Origin: Armatimonadota bacterium | GTDB taxonomy: Bacteria > Armatimonadota > HRBIN16 | DNA: 64,000 nucleotides | Assembly (NCBI GenBank): GCA_963677485.1 | Contig: OY781964.1 | Coordinates: 1,088,001 to 1,152,000, forward strand | Direction: 5' to 3' | Shown: in pieces, positions 30,436 through 42,037 of the stretch | How the letters are laid out: every line of letters begins with the position of its first letter | How positions within the stretch are numbered: the stretch's first letter is position 1 | The notes under the pieces: generated by a model | Seen by the model: the letters and a program-made list of their open reading frames with translations, nothing else | Databases searched by the model: none | Told to the model about the DNA's origin: nothing | Translations under genes and position numbers: made by a program

Positions 30436-31181
30436 AACTGCTCCTCCTCTATCACGCGCTGCATGTTTCCGTAAGCGATGAGTTGCCGGTCAGTCTCAGT
30501 GATAGCGGAGTGCCGCAGGTCCAGCGAAGCCGCCTCGGGATATCGGGCCGGATAACCGCTGCCGAACACAAACCGCTGAGCCCCATACCGCTTCACTCCG
30601 TCTTCAATGGCGGAGGCGGTGATGGAATACATACTGGTGTCCACCATCACGCGAGGATATTTTTCTAGCAGCGGGTAGATGAAGCGGCTTTGGCTCCACA
30701 CCCCTGTGTCACACACGATGCAGGTGAGCTCGGGGTAATCGGCCATCAACGTGTAGACGGTGTTCCAACTTGAGCCGTAGGCCAACGAGATCATCAGAGG
30801 AATCCCACGCTGAGAGAGCTCGTCGAGGAACCCGCCAAATACCACGCGGTTCAATAGATAGAAGTGCTGTTCCGGCATGGCGCGTAGGGCCACTATACGC
30901 TCCGCGGCCATCTTCTCAAAAAAGCGGTCGCAGATCACCTCGTCGGTCTGTGGCGGCAGGATGCTCCAACAGCCCAGCAGACGGTCACAACCGGCGAGCG
31001 CCTCGCTGATCAGCGCGTTCCCCGCCTGCGTGGAGCTGTCGTGCTGGGCGATATGCCATGCCAGCCCCTTCTCGATACCGGCATCATCCATCATATGCAG
31101 AATGTCTTCGCGGCTGATGCCTGGCTCAGGCAGCCCCCGGACCGGTTTGCCAAGACAGATATTCACATCGAACAGTTTCAA
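30432..31181 (-). CDS. amidohydrolase_2-like protein with degenerate metal ligands
   Basis: FDVNICLG (no HxH), FVFGSGYP (no Asp), IAYGN. Confidence 0.8.
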   Translation of the reverse strand: MKLFDVNICLGKPVRGLPEPGISREDILHMMDDAGIEKGLAWHIAQHDSSTQAGNALISEALAGCDRLLGCWSILPPQTDEVICDRFFEKMAAERIVALRAMPEQHFYLLNRVVFGGFLDELSQRGIPLMISLAYGSSWNTVYTLMADYPELTCIVCDTGVWSQSRFIYPLLEKYPRVMVDTSMYSITASAIEDGVKRYGAQRFVFGSGYPARYPEAASLDLRHSAITETDRQLIAYGNMQRVIEEEQL

Positions 31182-31219
31182 TGGTTCGCCTCCATGGCTA
31201 GATAATCTATGAGTTTCGG

Positions 31220-34039
31220 TTATTCAATTAGTGCGGCCTGGTCTGTGAGCATCCTCACAAGCAGATCCTCGTTCAGCCTGTAGGCCGGATGGAAGTCGCT
31301 GCCCGCCACATATGCCAGCAGGCTATGACGAAGCTGCCTGGCGGCAGGGCGGCGCTCCGCATCTGTCTCCAGATCCATGGCACACACCAGTAGCTGTCCC
31401 GCACCCACACGGGTTTCGAAGATCACACCAAGCTTTGAGTTTCGGTCGTAGTTGTCAATCACCTGCGCAATCGGGCGGTAGTCTGGCGGTGTTTCGTCCA
31501 GTATGACAGCTTTGGACCGGTTGGCCACATCACCTGCGCCACGTTCCCAGGTCTCGTATACCGATGGCGGCGCACCCGCGACACGGAAGGAGTCGGCAGC
31601 CGAGAACCGCCCCAGCAAGTCGGCCCACTGCCAGTCGCTGTGGGATTCGGTGGGGAACTGCGCCAGGGCCGGGTGTTTTGGGTTACAGAGTATGCCCAGG
31701 GTGCCGGTCTGGTTGAACAGGCGCAGGTTCCAGAAAGTCGGCATGAAGCTGCCCGGAACCGCGTTCCTACCGGGTGCCACTGGCTGAAATCGACGCATCG
31801 AATCGGGACCAAGCATCGCCTGAACCGGCTTGATCACACCTTCTCGCGGGGAGGAGAACAGCAGCACCCGTTCACCTGCTGCCAAAGCCTGACGGGTCGC
31901 GGCGTCATAGGCATACGCGACCCGAACCCCGGTTGGCGGTGCGGGTAAGAGCTTGGGATAGACCCAGATGTTCCACGAATTCGATGTTCCTGCCAGCCTA
32001 ACGGTAACTATCAACCTCGAGGGGCTCTCGATGGAATCAAAGGATGCCGATATCTCGCCCAAGGTTGTCACACGGCCTGTCTTGATTAGCATCTCAGGCC
32101 AGCTTCCATGAGCGATCAGCTTGCCATCGGGCCGCTTGATTGTCCACTCCGCGTGCGTTCGAATATCCTTAGGGGCGTAATGGGCGATTTCTGCAGTAGC
32201 GGTGAATTTCTGATCTGTGCTCAGCACACGCTTCGGCATACGCAACAGACACACAGTCGGAGCGCAGAACCGGCGGAACTGTTCTGGCGTAACCAAACCT
32301 TTGGAATCCCAGAAGGCATCTAGCCAGCCCACAATGGCTGTTCCCTGCCCCGGGTAGTCACGTGCTTCCAGTATCTGCAATCCACCGTATGGCCAGGTGC
32401 GCAGACTTGCTTCGATTTCGTCCTTATACAACTCGACGCTCAACGCCCCACTGGCCTGATGGAACGCTTTGGCCTGATCGAGCATGTGATGTTGGGCCAG
32501 CATCTCACGGTAGCTCTCGAAGTTATGAGCGCGTAAAGTGCCCGTGTATTTCCGTATCTCATCAAAATCGGGATACATCGACCACTGGCCAACCTCATGG
32601 GCGAAGGTCGGAACGGTCACCCCCGAAGAGCGTGGCTTCTGTTCTCCACCCGCGATCCAGTCAGGGGCGTCTGACCAGCGGTCCCAGTCCGTCCGAGCTC
32701 CGATGACTCCGCGCTGTCCGGTTTCGAAATAATCACCGTTCGCCTCCGTCGCTCCGCCTTCGCAACGGTATAGCAGCCGCGGGTCCTTCTGACGACTCTC
32801 CTTCACCAGCGTGTCAAGCGACCCAGCCGATTCGTTCCCCATCGCCATGAAGCCGAATGACGGATGGTTACCGTAGGCTTCCAGAATCAGATTCAGTTCG
32901 TCGCGAATCCACTGGTCCCGCGCCGGATGATCGCCGTAGTGAGGGGCATCCATTGTCCACAAGGGCAGTTCAATCTGGTATAGAAAGCCCATCTCATCGG
33001 CAGCCTCGAACGCGGCCTCAGGTGGGCACCACGAATGGAACCTCATGAAGTTGAAGCCGTAGGACTTGCATGTCTTCAGCACTCTGAGCCAGGCCGCCTT
33101 ATCCATAGGCGGATACCCGGTCAGCGGATACACGCATTCGTCAACGGCACCTCGCAGGAATATTGGGCGGCCATTCATCAAGAACTGCCGGTCCTTCGTC
33201 GTGATCTCACGGCGGCCATAACTTACCCGTTTCACTTCACTGTAGATGCCAGATTTTAGTGATACATCCACTGTTCGAATGGAAGGGGCAAACTCATCCC
33301 ACGCCGCATGATGGTCATGGAATGGCACATCCACCATACCGCCATCGGCTGGTATGACGTGCTGTTGTGCTTGAATCTGCACATCCGCAGCCTGGCCGGT
33401 TTGGTTGCCAACCTCCACCTTCAGCAGATCAGGGTAGACCTGCACCGACTTGATCCACACCGGATTCGTCGCCCGGAGCTCGATTTGGCCGATAATCCCA
33501 TTCCAGTTGCCCTGGGTATCCTCGGTGATGGCGCTTGACCACGTGCCGATCGGGATCTTGTAAGTGTTGTCTATGCACACCGTCAGGGTATGATGGCCAG
33601 GCGCGAGCACGCCCAGCTCATGCAGGTGTGGAACACTCAGGCTGTTTTTTATGTCGACAGGACGATCATCGACCCAGACCGTGCTCTCCCAATGGCAGCG
33701 CTCCAGGAAAAGCTCCACACGCTTTCCCTTCCAGCTCGCCGGGATGTTGATATCCCGCTGATACCAGGCGCGTCCTTCATACTTGATGATGCGGGTCAGC
33801 TTGCCGATGGCCGGTGCTTCGGACTTGACACCATAACCGCTCTGCTCCGTTGATCCGGGAAGCTTGATTAAATCTGGCAGCACTTTTGTGTGCCACGCCT
33901 CACTCAGGCCCCTGTTCTGAGCATCAAGCTGAAACCGCCACTGCCCGGATAACGGCATGGTGTGGCTTGTGGCTGCGCTACTGATGGTGTTGGTGCCAGC
34001 CAGAAGAGCCGTTGTCAGGGCAATACATTTGTTATTCAT
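31220..34039 (-). CDS. secreted glycoside hydrolase family 2
   Basis: Signal peptide; LSGQWRF, NGRPIFLRG, RFHSWCPP, NHPSF..MGNE, AHEVGQ. Confidence 0.9.
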   Translation of the reverse strand: MNNKCIALTTALLAGTNTISSAATSHTMPLSGQWRFQLDAQNRGLSEAWHTKVLPDLIKLPGSTEQSGYGVKSEAPAIGKLTRIIKYEGRAWYQRDINIPASWKGKRVELFLERCHWESTVWVDDRPVDIKNSLSVPHLHELGVLAPGHHTLTVCIDNTYKIPIGTWSSAITEDTQGNWNGIIGQIELRATNPVWIKSVQVYPDLLKVEVGNQTGQAADVQIQAQQHVIPADGGMVDVPFHDHHAAWDEFAPSIRTVDVSLKSGIYSEVKRVSYGRREITTKDRQFLMNGRPIFLRGAVDECVYPLTGYPPMDKAAWLRVLKTCKSYGFNFMRFHSWCPPEAAFEAADEMGFLYQIELPLWTMDAPHYGDHPARDQWIRDELNLILEAYGNHPSFGFMAMGNESAGSLDTLVKESRQKDPRLLYRCEGGATEANGDYFETGQRGVIGARTDWDRWSDAPDWIAGGEQKPRSSGVTVPTFAHEVGQWSMYPDFDEIRKYTGTLRAHNFESYREMLAQHHMLDQAKAFHQASGALSVELYKDEIEASLRTWPYGGLQILEARDYPGQGTAIVGWLDAFWDSKGLVTPEQFRRFCAPTVCLLRMPKRVLSTDQKFTATAEIAHYAPKDIRTHAEWTIKRPDGKLIAHGSWPEMLIKTGRVTTLGEISASFDSIESPSRLIVTVRLAGTSNSWNIWVYPKLLPAPPTGVRVAYAYDAATRQALAAGERVLLFSSPREGVIKPVQAMLGPDSMRRFQPVAPGRNAVPGSFMPTFWNLRLFNQTGTLGILCNPKHPALAQFPTESHSDWQWADLLGRFSAADSFRVAGAPPSVYETWERGAGDVANRSKAVILDETPPDYRPIAQVIDNYDRNSKLGVIFETRVGAGQLLVCAMDLETDAERRPAARQLRHSLLAYVAGSDFHPAYRLNEDLLVRMLTDQAALIE

Positions 34040-34062
34040 TCTAGACTCCTGCGGTAAGCCTG

Positions 34063-35256
34063 TTATGCCAGTGTCGTTCCAGCCGCAGCCCGCAGCGCGG
34101 ATATGGTGGTATCAACCTGCTGCTCTGCCCAGTCAGGGTTGACCGGTATATACACGGTGCGCCGCAGCAGCTCCAGCGTCTTCGGACAGACATCCGCGGA
34201 GTAATCCGCGCGCAGCCCCTTGTTCGCTTCGAATAGGAACGGGTTCATGGCGGGATGATGCATGATTCGCTTCTCAACCAGCGGCGTCCACTCGGTGAAG
34301 ATGTGCTTGCCATGGTCGATACCCACGTAGCCGCCAAGACCGGATGCGGAGAGGAACCCTCTAGCCGCCGATTCGTTAGGCAGCCGGTAAGCCACCACCA
34401 CACCGCAGTCACCGTCGATGTCGTTGTTGGGCGCCACTTTCAACCCTGACACGCCCTCTGTCTCCGCTTCGATCCGTCGGGCGATGCGACGCAGATCTGC
34501 CAGGATGCCATCCAGCCTCTGCGCCTGCATGCGGATGATCGCTCCCATGATCTCATCGGCCCGATACTGCTGCGCCACGAAGATCGGAATATCCAGTTCC
34601 GCCGCATGCGGACGAAACGCGGTGCCCGAATCGGCATACGCGATGGCGGTTTCGTAGAGCTTGCGGTCGCTGGTGACCATGCAGCCGCCCTCACCGCTGG
34701 AGATGATCTTGAAGTGGTTGAAGCTGAACGCCCCCGCGTCGCCCCAGCTTCCGGTTCGCTTGCCTTTGTAACTTCCGCCGTTCATCTGGCAGGAGTCCTC
34801 TATCACCTTCAGACCATGTTTGCGGGCGATCTCCAGAATGCGTTCCATGTTCGCGGCCCGACCCAGCATATGTACGGGTATTACCGCTTTGGTGTTGGGG
34901 CCAATCCTGCGCTCGAACTCATCAGGATCGAGGGCCATCGTCTCATCCACTTCGGCCAAGACCGGGATGGCACCCACGGTCAGCACCGAGGTGGCGGTGG
35001 ACATCCAGGTATAGGCGGGCACGATCACCTCATCGCCTGGGCCAATACCCAGCCCGGCTAGTGCGCAGACCAGCGCAGCAGTACCACCCCCGCACATCAG
35101 CAGCGCATACTTGGTGCCAATTCGGCCTGCCCATTCCTTCTCAAAACGGTCGCACTCACCCAGGTGACCTGCTTCCGGACTACCCACCCGGAAAAGTTGG
35201 CCCGATTCGATGACTTTAGTCACTTCGTCGATCTCTGCTTGGCCTATTCTATACAT
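34063..35256 (-). CDS. DegT/DnrJ/EryC1/StrS family PLP aminotransferase
   Basis: GPGDEVIVP, IEDSCQ, FSFNHFKIISSGEGG. Confidence 0.9.
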   Translation of the reverse strand: MYRIGQAEIDEVTKVIESGQLFRVGSPEAGHLGECDRFEKEWAGRIGTKYALLMCGGGTAALVCALAGLGIGPGDEVIVPAYTWMSTATSVLTVGAIPVLAEVDETMALDPDEFERRIGPNTKAVIPVHMLGRAANMERILEIARKHGLKVIEDSCQMNGGSYKGKRTGSWGDAGAFSFNHFKIISSGEGGCMVTSDRKLYETAIAYADSGTAFRPHAAELDIPIFVAQQYRADEIMGAIIRMQAQRLDGILADLRRIARRIEAETEGVSGLKVAPNNDIDGDCGVVVAYRLPNESAARGFLSASGLGGYVGIDHGKHIFTEWTPLVEKRIMHHPAMNPFLFEANKGLRADYSADVCPKTLELLRRTVYIPVNPDWAEQQVDTTISALRAAAGTTLA

Positions 35257-35266
35257 ATCTGTCTCC

Positions 35267-35881
35267 TTACTCGTACCACTTCTTGTTCAATCGCTGGTCG
35301 CGTTCCTGCTTGGTGCTCCAGACCACATCGTCAAATGCGATCTTGGCGGGTTTGGCTCCCCGGGCGAACCAGAAGGTGATGCGCATCTGATTCACCGTGT
35401 CCATCGTCGGCTTGCCTGCCCCTGCAGCCATCGTTTCGGTAGAGATCAGCACCCGCTGCCACCCTTTGACGTTGGCGATTATGCCAAACTTGGCGTAATG
35501 GTTGGCCCAAGTGGCATCCCCGATATGGATGCCCGACTGCACGACGTCCTGAGGGTTATCCATGTAGACCCAGAAGTTGACCTGCTTGACCAGCCTCATA
35601 GGCATTTCGGGGTAGATATCCAAGTCGAGGCGCGGGGCACCATCTGGACTGACTGCCGGCATGGATACCAGCAACGCCTTCTTGCCACTTTTCACGGTAG
35701 AGGTGCTCAGCTTCACCTCAGGCGCCTTTGGGAACCCAGATGTTTTAACTGACCATTTGGCCTGCATCTCGGTCATGCTTTTGTATTCGAAGCTGTCTGT
35801 AATCTTGTCCGCTGAACACGCCAGCGATGAGAAGAGGGCAGTGAGCGCCAAGCCTGCGTATACGAAACGTGTGTATTTCAT
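35267..35881 (-). CDS. secreted carbohydrate-binding-module-like protein
   Basis: Signal peptide; jelly-roll-like pattern (DSFE..KSGKKAL..FWVY..GWQRV..FDDV). Confidence 0.6.
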   Translation of the reverse strand: MKYTRFVYAGLALTALFSSLACSADKITDSFEYKSMTEMQAKWSVKTSGFPKAPEVKLSTSTVKSGKKALLVSMPAVSPDGAPRLDLDIYPEMPMRLVKQVNFWVYMDNPQDVVQSGIHIGDATWANHYAKFGIIANVKGWQRVLISTETMAAGAGKPTMDTVNQMRITFWFARGAKPAKIAFDDVVWSTKQERDQRLNKKWYE

Positions 35882-35884
35882 GAT

Positions 35885-38035
35885 TTACTCCTGTGCCGCC
35901 GAAATTGAGATGGCAAAGACGGCTAGCGACATCCCTGAGCTGTTCTGCGACTCAATGCTGATGTTCTTGATGCTCTTCCCGGGGTGTGGGTTTACCCAGT
36001 CCGTACGGATCAGTTGGATTCGACTGCCCGATTCCGTTTCGGCGGTGACGGCGATTCGCCCATCGAATACCCCGAATTTGCTGTTCCAATCCGTCACATT
36101 CCACCGATATCGGAACTCCAGATCAGCACTAGTGCCGTCGGTATATTCCAACCGGGCCTTCGCCACCAGCGGGTGAGAGGTGACCCTGCTCCAGTGAGCC
36201 AGGCTGTCTCGATCCAGCGGCAGGTTGCAGGTGATTAACAAGGCCAACCGTGAGGCCTTCTTGTTGAGCGCGATAGTAACAGGTCCTTTGGGCAGAGCAT
36301 CGTCTGGCTCAGCCGACAGCAGGATCACATTTTTCGCGGCGTCCTGACCAGCCAGCCGGAACCTCACCTGCCCGCTCTGGATATCACTGCCCAGCACTTT
36401 GTGAACTGCATTCTCTGCGCCGTATTTCGGCCAGGAATCCGCGCTGTTCGTGATGCGGTAGTTGTAGTATTTCGCTAGTGGCACACTGCTCCAGTCCGTC
36501 GGTTCTTTGTCAGGTCGAATGATTTTAGAGATTTGGTAAATAGGGTCATACCGTATCTCAGAGAGTTTGGGCGCAGCGGGGTTCCAGGCGTACTGCCCGG
36601 TCAGAAGCACCGCCGACCATGCCTCCGGTGCCACGTCCTGCGGGAGAGCCCACGAACCGACATATGACCAGAGGGTGTCGAATAGCCCCAGAGATGCCGG
36701 CTCCTTCGCGAGTGCCTGAGCAAAGCCCTGGATGGCCACCGGTGAGTAGAAGGTGGCACCGACCACCGGGAACCCCTTGTCTGTGAAGTACCTCAGACGC
36801 TTCTGCGATTCCGCGGTGTAGATTTCGTAATCCCAGTCCACCATCAAGATATCTTTAGGAAGCTTGTCGATGATCTCCCACCCTCGGGCTTTATCGGTCG
36901 TGCCGACCATATACTGGCCAGTTGGCAGCAGCGTGTCGTGCCACATCATGGTCTTCACGCCTTTGCTCGCGTTGATGTCGTACATCCGTTTAATGCTGCG
37001 ATACAGCAACTCCGAGGGGTTTTGTGTTTTGCATCGCTCACACATCGCATAAGGCCCGTAGTTGATCTCATCCATGCAGATATGCACATATTTGGGCTCG
37101 AAAATCTCGATGGTCTCTTCAAGAACATCCTTTACTAGTGCATCCACGCCGGGATGTGATGGGCACCAGTTTGTGGACCAGCCGTTGTCGTGCTCCGGGT
37201 CCTCCAGCAGAGGGAAGTTGGCCGGATTGGAGAGTATCCACACGCTATGGCTCAGCATCTGAAGGGCTGGGATCACCTCAAAGTGCAGCGACTTGGCGTA
37301 GTTCACCAGCTCTTTGGCCTGAGCTTTTGACAGAGCTTGATGCTCCATCGCCGGGAACTTCTGGCGGTCATAGATGATGTTGTCCGACAGTTCGAAAAAC
37401 AGCGTGTTCATCTTCAGGGCCGCGAAGCTGTTGATGAGGTTCTTCATCGACTGCATCGACTCCGGGCTGCGGTTGATGCTGCGCAGGTTGAGATACACCC
37501 CTCGCCAGGCCATGGCTGGCTCATCGGTGACCTGGCAGCCTTTGGCCAACAACTCGACACCGTGCTGAGATAGCAGTTGTTTTAGCGTCTGGATGCCGTA
37601 GAACACGCCTACCAAACCTCTGGAGGCCAGTGTGACGCCATTGTTGTTCACCGTCAGCGTGTACCCGTCGGTTTTTTGGGGCAATGCCTTGCCGGTCTTC
37701 GCTATATGCAGCGAAATTTGGTTTTTCGCCGTGGACGAACCAGCTTTCGTGATTTTGCATTCCAGTTGGTATAAACGCCGCAGCTCCGACTGAAGATACT
37801 CCGCATTGGCCAGGTTCGCTTCGTCGTAGCTGATGATGGTGCTGGTGTTGATCGGGAAGCTCTGCTTGTTGTAGCTTACCTGTTTGGGCTGCGGGATGAG
37901 CACGCCATCCGCCACATTGTTGATGACGCCTGGGCGTAGCGCCGCACTCACAGGCATGGTGCAGAACGCTGTCACCAGTGCTAACGCGACTATGAACGGA
38001 TGGCTAGCATTTCTACTAGTATGCGATAGGCTCAA
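35885..38035 (-). CDS. beta-N-acetylhexosaminidase, GH20 family
   Basis: LIPQPK, FYGIQTLKQL, DEPAMAWRG and catalytic HICMDE; probable TTG start at 38035 after GGAGG. Confidence 0.85.
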   Translation of the reverse strand: MSLSHTSRNASHPFIVALALVTAFCTMPVSAALRPGVINNVADGVLIPQPKQVSYNKQSFPINTSTIISYDEANLANAEYLQSELRRLYQLECKITKAGSSTAKNQISLHIAKTGKALPQKTDGYTLTVNNNGVTLASRGLVGVFYGIQTLKQLLSQHGVELLAKGCQVTDEPAMAWRGVYLNLRSINRSPESMQSMKNLINSFAALKMNTLFFELSDNIIYDRQKFPAMEHQALSKAQAKELVNYAKSLHFEVIPALQMLSHSVWILSNPANFPLLEDPEHDNGWSTNWCPSHPGVDALVKDVLEETIEIFEPKYVHICMDEINYGPYAMCERCKTQNPSELLYRSIKRMYDINASKGVKTMMWHDTLLPTGQYMVGTTDKARGWEIIDKLPKDILMVDWDYEIYTAESQKRLRYFTDKGFPVVGATFYSPVAIQGFAQALAKEPASLGLFDTLWSYVGSWALPQDVAPEAWSAVLLTGQYAWNPAAPKLSEIRYDPIYQISKIIRPDKEPTDWSSVPLAKYYNYRITNSADSWPKYGAENAVHKVLGSDIQSGQVRFRLAGQDAAKNVILLSAEPDDALPKGPVTIALNKKASRLALLITCNLPLDRDSLAHWSRVTSHPLVAKARLEYTDGTSADLEFRYRWNVTDWNSKFGVFDGRIAVTAETESGSRIQLIRTDWVNPHPGKSIKNISIESQNSSGMSLAVFAISISAAQE

Positions 38036-38179
38036 TGATATATACCTCCGGTAATGCTGAATCGTCGGTTCGTGGCTCCCATGCCACGCGCATGTGAACA
38101 TGGCTATGACCCATAAATGTTGCAAGGCCAGTAGGTCACCGATTCCGCGACATAAATGTCTCGGCCATTGAACACCAAG

Positions 38180-38324
38180 CACCTGCACGTGCTGAAACGG
38201 CAGCCCATACTGTAACTGATACGGTCGTAGGGGCCACCCTTATGGTGGCCCTAAACGTTGCTTATTCGATTGTTTTCGATTAGGGCGCCCACAAGAGGCG
38301 CCCCTACGACCAGCTACTTACGAG
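38180..38324 (+). mobile_element. 145-bp non-autonomous IS110-derived element carrying a GTAG-type REP doublet
   Basis: Left end shares cggcagcccatactgtaactgat with the IS110 left end at the same offset. Right end tacttacgAG matches IS tacttacaAG. Inserted at the same position of the same repeat module. Confidence 0.85.
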
Positions 38325-38642
38325 CCTGCTGAAGCAGGCTACAGGGCTTCGTCCTGTAAGCACGGTGGATGCAGACGGCTTTAGCCGGCTTTCGGATAAT
38401 AAGCCGTGTCCTTCAGGGCGCGGCGGTGAGTTTTTTAATTTGATGGGTAATAGACTGGGCCGTTCGGCTCGCGACCCAATCGGTCTTCTATCAACCGTCT
38501 GCTGGGCTTTGACTCTCGTATTAGTATTCGGGACCAGACCGTTTTATTCCTGCAACACGCCCATCGGCAAGCTGAATTCGCCACCGGTTCCGTATGGCGG
38601 AGTGGCAGTTCCTAAAAGAAGCGTTACAATATAAGATGGTAG

Positions 38643-39971
<1,329 letters not shown>

Positions 39972-40010
39972 TCTTCCACCAGGTATAACGGCATCAGCCG
40001 TTTCCGCCTT

Positions 40011-40042
40011 CACCCCCGCCTCCAGCGGGGGTGTTTTTTTTT
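40011..40042 (+). terminator. intrinsic terminator after eno
   Basis: cacccccgc-ctcca-gcgggggtg followed by a T run. Confidence 0.85.
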
Positions 40043-40179
40043 GGGGGGGGGCATCTGCAGTATGTCTTACTCGTCCTACTCATCCTACGCGTCCTCGGCT
40101 TTTCATAGGACATGTCAGACGATTAGGACAATATAACACTACCCAGGGCCGCAACCCCAATACTTTGCTGTATACTACA

Positions 40180-40350
40180 TCTGGTGCCTGGCTACGACCG
40201 ATGGCACCATATACGCACCATTCGGGGAAGATCCGGTGAGAACCCGGCACTGTGCCGCAACGGTGATGCCTTGCACGCCAAGGACAAGTCCGATTACCGA
40301 TGGTGATGTCACATCGCTCCCGCGATGGCCCTTCGAGCAAAGGGCGGCAG
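40180..40350 (+). promoter_or_regulatory. cobalamin riboswitch
   Basis: GGGAA..CCGGTGAGAACCCGGCACTGTGCCGCAACGGTGA and B12-box-like AAGTCCGATTACCG upstream of cobO; boundaries approximate. Confidence 0.85.
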
Positions 40351-40419
40351 AGACCTCCCCAACCCTGTGTTGGCCATCTCACCGCTGCCCATAATAGGTA
40401 AGAATGAGGAGGCCCCGTA

Positions 40420-40938
40420 ATGGATCGTGGCTACGTTCAGGTTTATACAGGAAATGGTAAAGGCAAAACCACCGCGGCTCTCGGATTGGCACTGCGTGCC
40501 ATCGGCGCAGGTATGAAAGTGTTCATCGGGCAGTTCGCCAAAGGCCAACCCTACAGCGAGCTGAACAGCATCGCCCAACACCCACAACAGATCACACTGC
40601 GGCAATATGGCACCGAGCGGTTCATAGACGGCCAGGCGAGCAGTGAGGACATCCTCGCAGCCCTTTCCGGCTGGCAAGAGGTGCAGGCGGCTGTGAGCGG
40701 TGGAATCTACGACTTGGTGGTGCTGGATGAGATCAACATCGCGGTGTTGTATGGACTGGTGACGGTCGAAGAGCTTCTTATGCTGATGCGCAACAAGCCA
40801 GCGCATATCGAGCTGGTGCTCACCGGCCGCTACGCCCACCCGGAGATCACCATGGCAGCCGACCTGGTGACCGAAATGCGCGAAGTGAAGCACTACTATC
40901 ACCAGAGCGTCATGGCCAGAGTGGGGATCGAGAACTAG
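40420..40938 (+). CDS. cobO: cob(I)yrinic acid a,c-diamide adenosyltransferase
   Basis: YTGNGKGKTTAALG, LVVLDEI, ELVLTGR, ADLVTEM. Confidence 0.95.
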   Translation: MDRGYVQVYTGNGKGKTTAALGLALRAIGAGMKVFIGQFAKGQPYSELNSIAQHPQQITLRQYGTERFIDGQASSEDILAALSGWQEVQAAVSGGIYDLVVLDEINIAVLYGLVTVEELLMLMRNKPAHIELVLTGRYAHPEITMAADLVTEMREVKHYYHQSVMARVGIEN

Positions 40939-41240
40939 TTGTTGTGTGGCTGGTAGGGGCCGCCCCCAGTGGCGGCCCTCATTCCTGTGGCCGCCCATTC
41001 ATGTCTGAACCACGGATTACGCGGATGAAACGGATGGGGAGGATGGGAAGGGGCATGCATGCCGGAACCGCAGACAATGCGGAGGGTATACCGTCATATG
41101 CGCCAAATAACGACCACCCCTACCGGTAACGCCAGTACCTGATGGGTCCCACTCCCTCTCTATCCGTGTCATCCGCGGTTCAGAAAATTGCCCGGTGCGG
41201 TTGTTCGACAGCACCCGGTCAACCACATAGCAAGAAGGCA

Positions 41241-41280
41241 TAAAAACAGAAAGACCACGCTAAGCGTGGTCTTTCTGGTG
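41241..41280 (-). terminator. terminator downstream of the PEP-CTERM gene
   Basis: cagaaagaccacgc-taa-gcgtggtctttctg with a T run on the minus strand. Confidence 0.7.
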
Positions 41281-41302
41281 CAAAGGGATGAATACGGATT
41301 AC

Positions 41303-42037
41303 TTAAGCCTTGCGGCGTCGAGCGAAGCCGACTAGACCGACTAAACCGGTGGCTAGTGCGACCATTGAACCAGGCTCAGGAACAGCATTAATGTTAACCG
41401 TGTAAGTACCAGGTCGAACAGTATTGTATGTGTTCGTTGTGCCATTCCATGAAATATAGTTGAAGACTGTGGTGTCCTGAGTGCCGGAACCGACGTCTAT
41501 CAACGATACTCTTGCACTCTCACCAGCACCCAGGGTGCTGTTTAAATGCAAGGTCATCACCTGTAGGTTCGTCCATACATCAGCTGCTGAGGGCTCCATT
41601 GTAGGATGAATCACTTTGCCTGTTTTTTTGCTGATGATGTTGTACGGGTTTTGGGTCTCGATGACTGAGGTGCCCCAAGCCATACGGCCGGTAAGTGCAT
41701 ATCCTGCTTGGGGTGTCCCTGCCTCTTTGGCTTTTAGGTCAGCGTCGCCGCTATCTGCGGGTTGGTTGAATTCGACAGCTGTGAAAAAATCACCAGCATA
41801 GCTGAGCTTAGAGTCAAGTGCCCAGCGGACCTCTAACAAGTTAACTGGTTTGTCAGTACTCATCCACACGGCGAGATCAATTGTGCTTCCTGGGGTGTAG
41901 TTGAGAGAAGTAATAGGGGTGCCTGTGGCATCGCTGGCTAAAGCGAGCCATACATCATAAGATGCCGCAGCGTTAGACGCTACTGAGAAGAGAGCGCCTA
42001 GAGCCACTAGGCCAGTTAATAAACCGGCTTTTTTCAT
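41303..42037 (-). CDS. PEP-CTERM sorting domain protein
   Basis: Signal peptide MKKAGLL..; C-terminal VPEPGS, TM helix, RRRKA; ATG at 42037 after AGGAGG. Confidence 0.9.
   Translation of the reverse strand: MKKAGLLTGLVALGALFSVASNAAASYDVWLALASDATGTPITSLNYTPGSTIDLAVWMSTDKPVNLLEVRWALDSKLSYAGDFFTAVEFNQPADSGDADLKAKEAGTPQAGYALTGRMAWGTSVIETQNPYNIISKKTGKVIHPTMEPSAADVWTNLQVMTLHLNSTLGAGESARVSLIDVGSGTQDTTVFNYISWNGTTNTYNTVRPGTYTVNINAVPEPGSMVALATGLVGLVGFARRRKA

Noticed and set aside
38036-38188. N-terminal extension of the GH20 ORF
   Set aside because: It runs into repeat and mini-element DNA; a better RBS and TTG start lie at 38035.
38365-38634. 89-aa ORF or IS605-like end upstream of eno
   Set aside because: No recognisable protein. 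The hairpin gccgtgtccttcagggcgcggc resembles IS200/IS605 ends, but no tnpA or tnpB is present.
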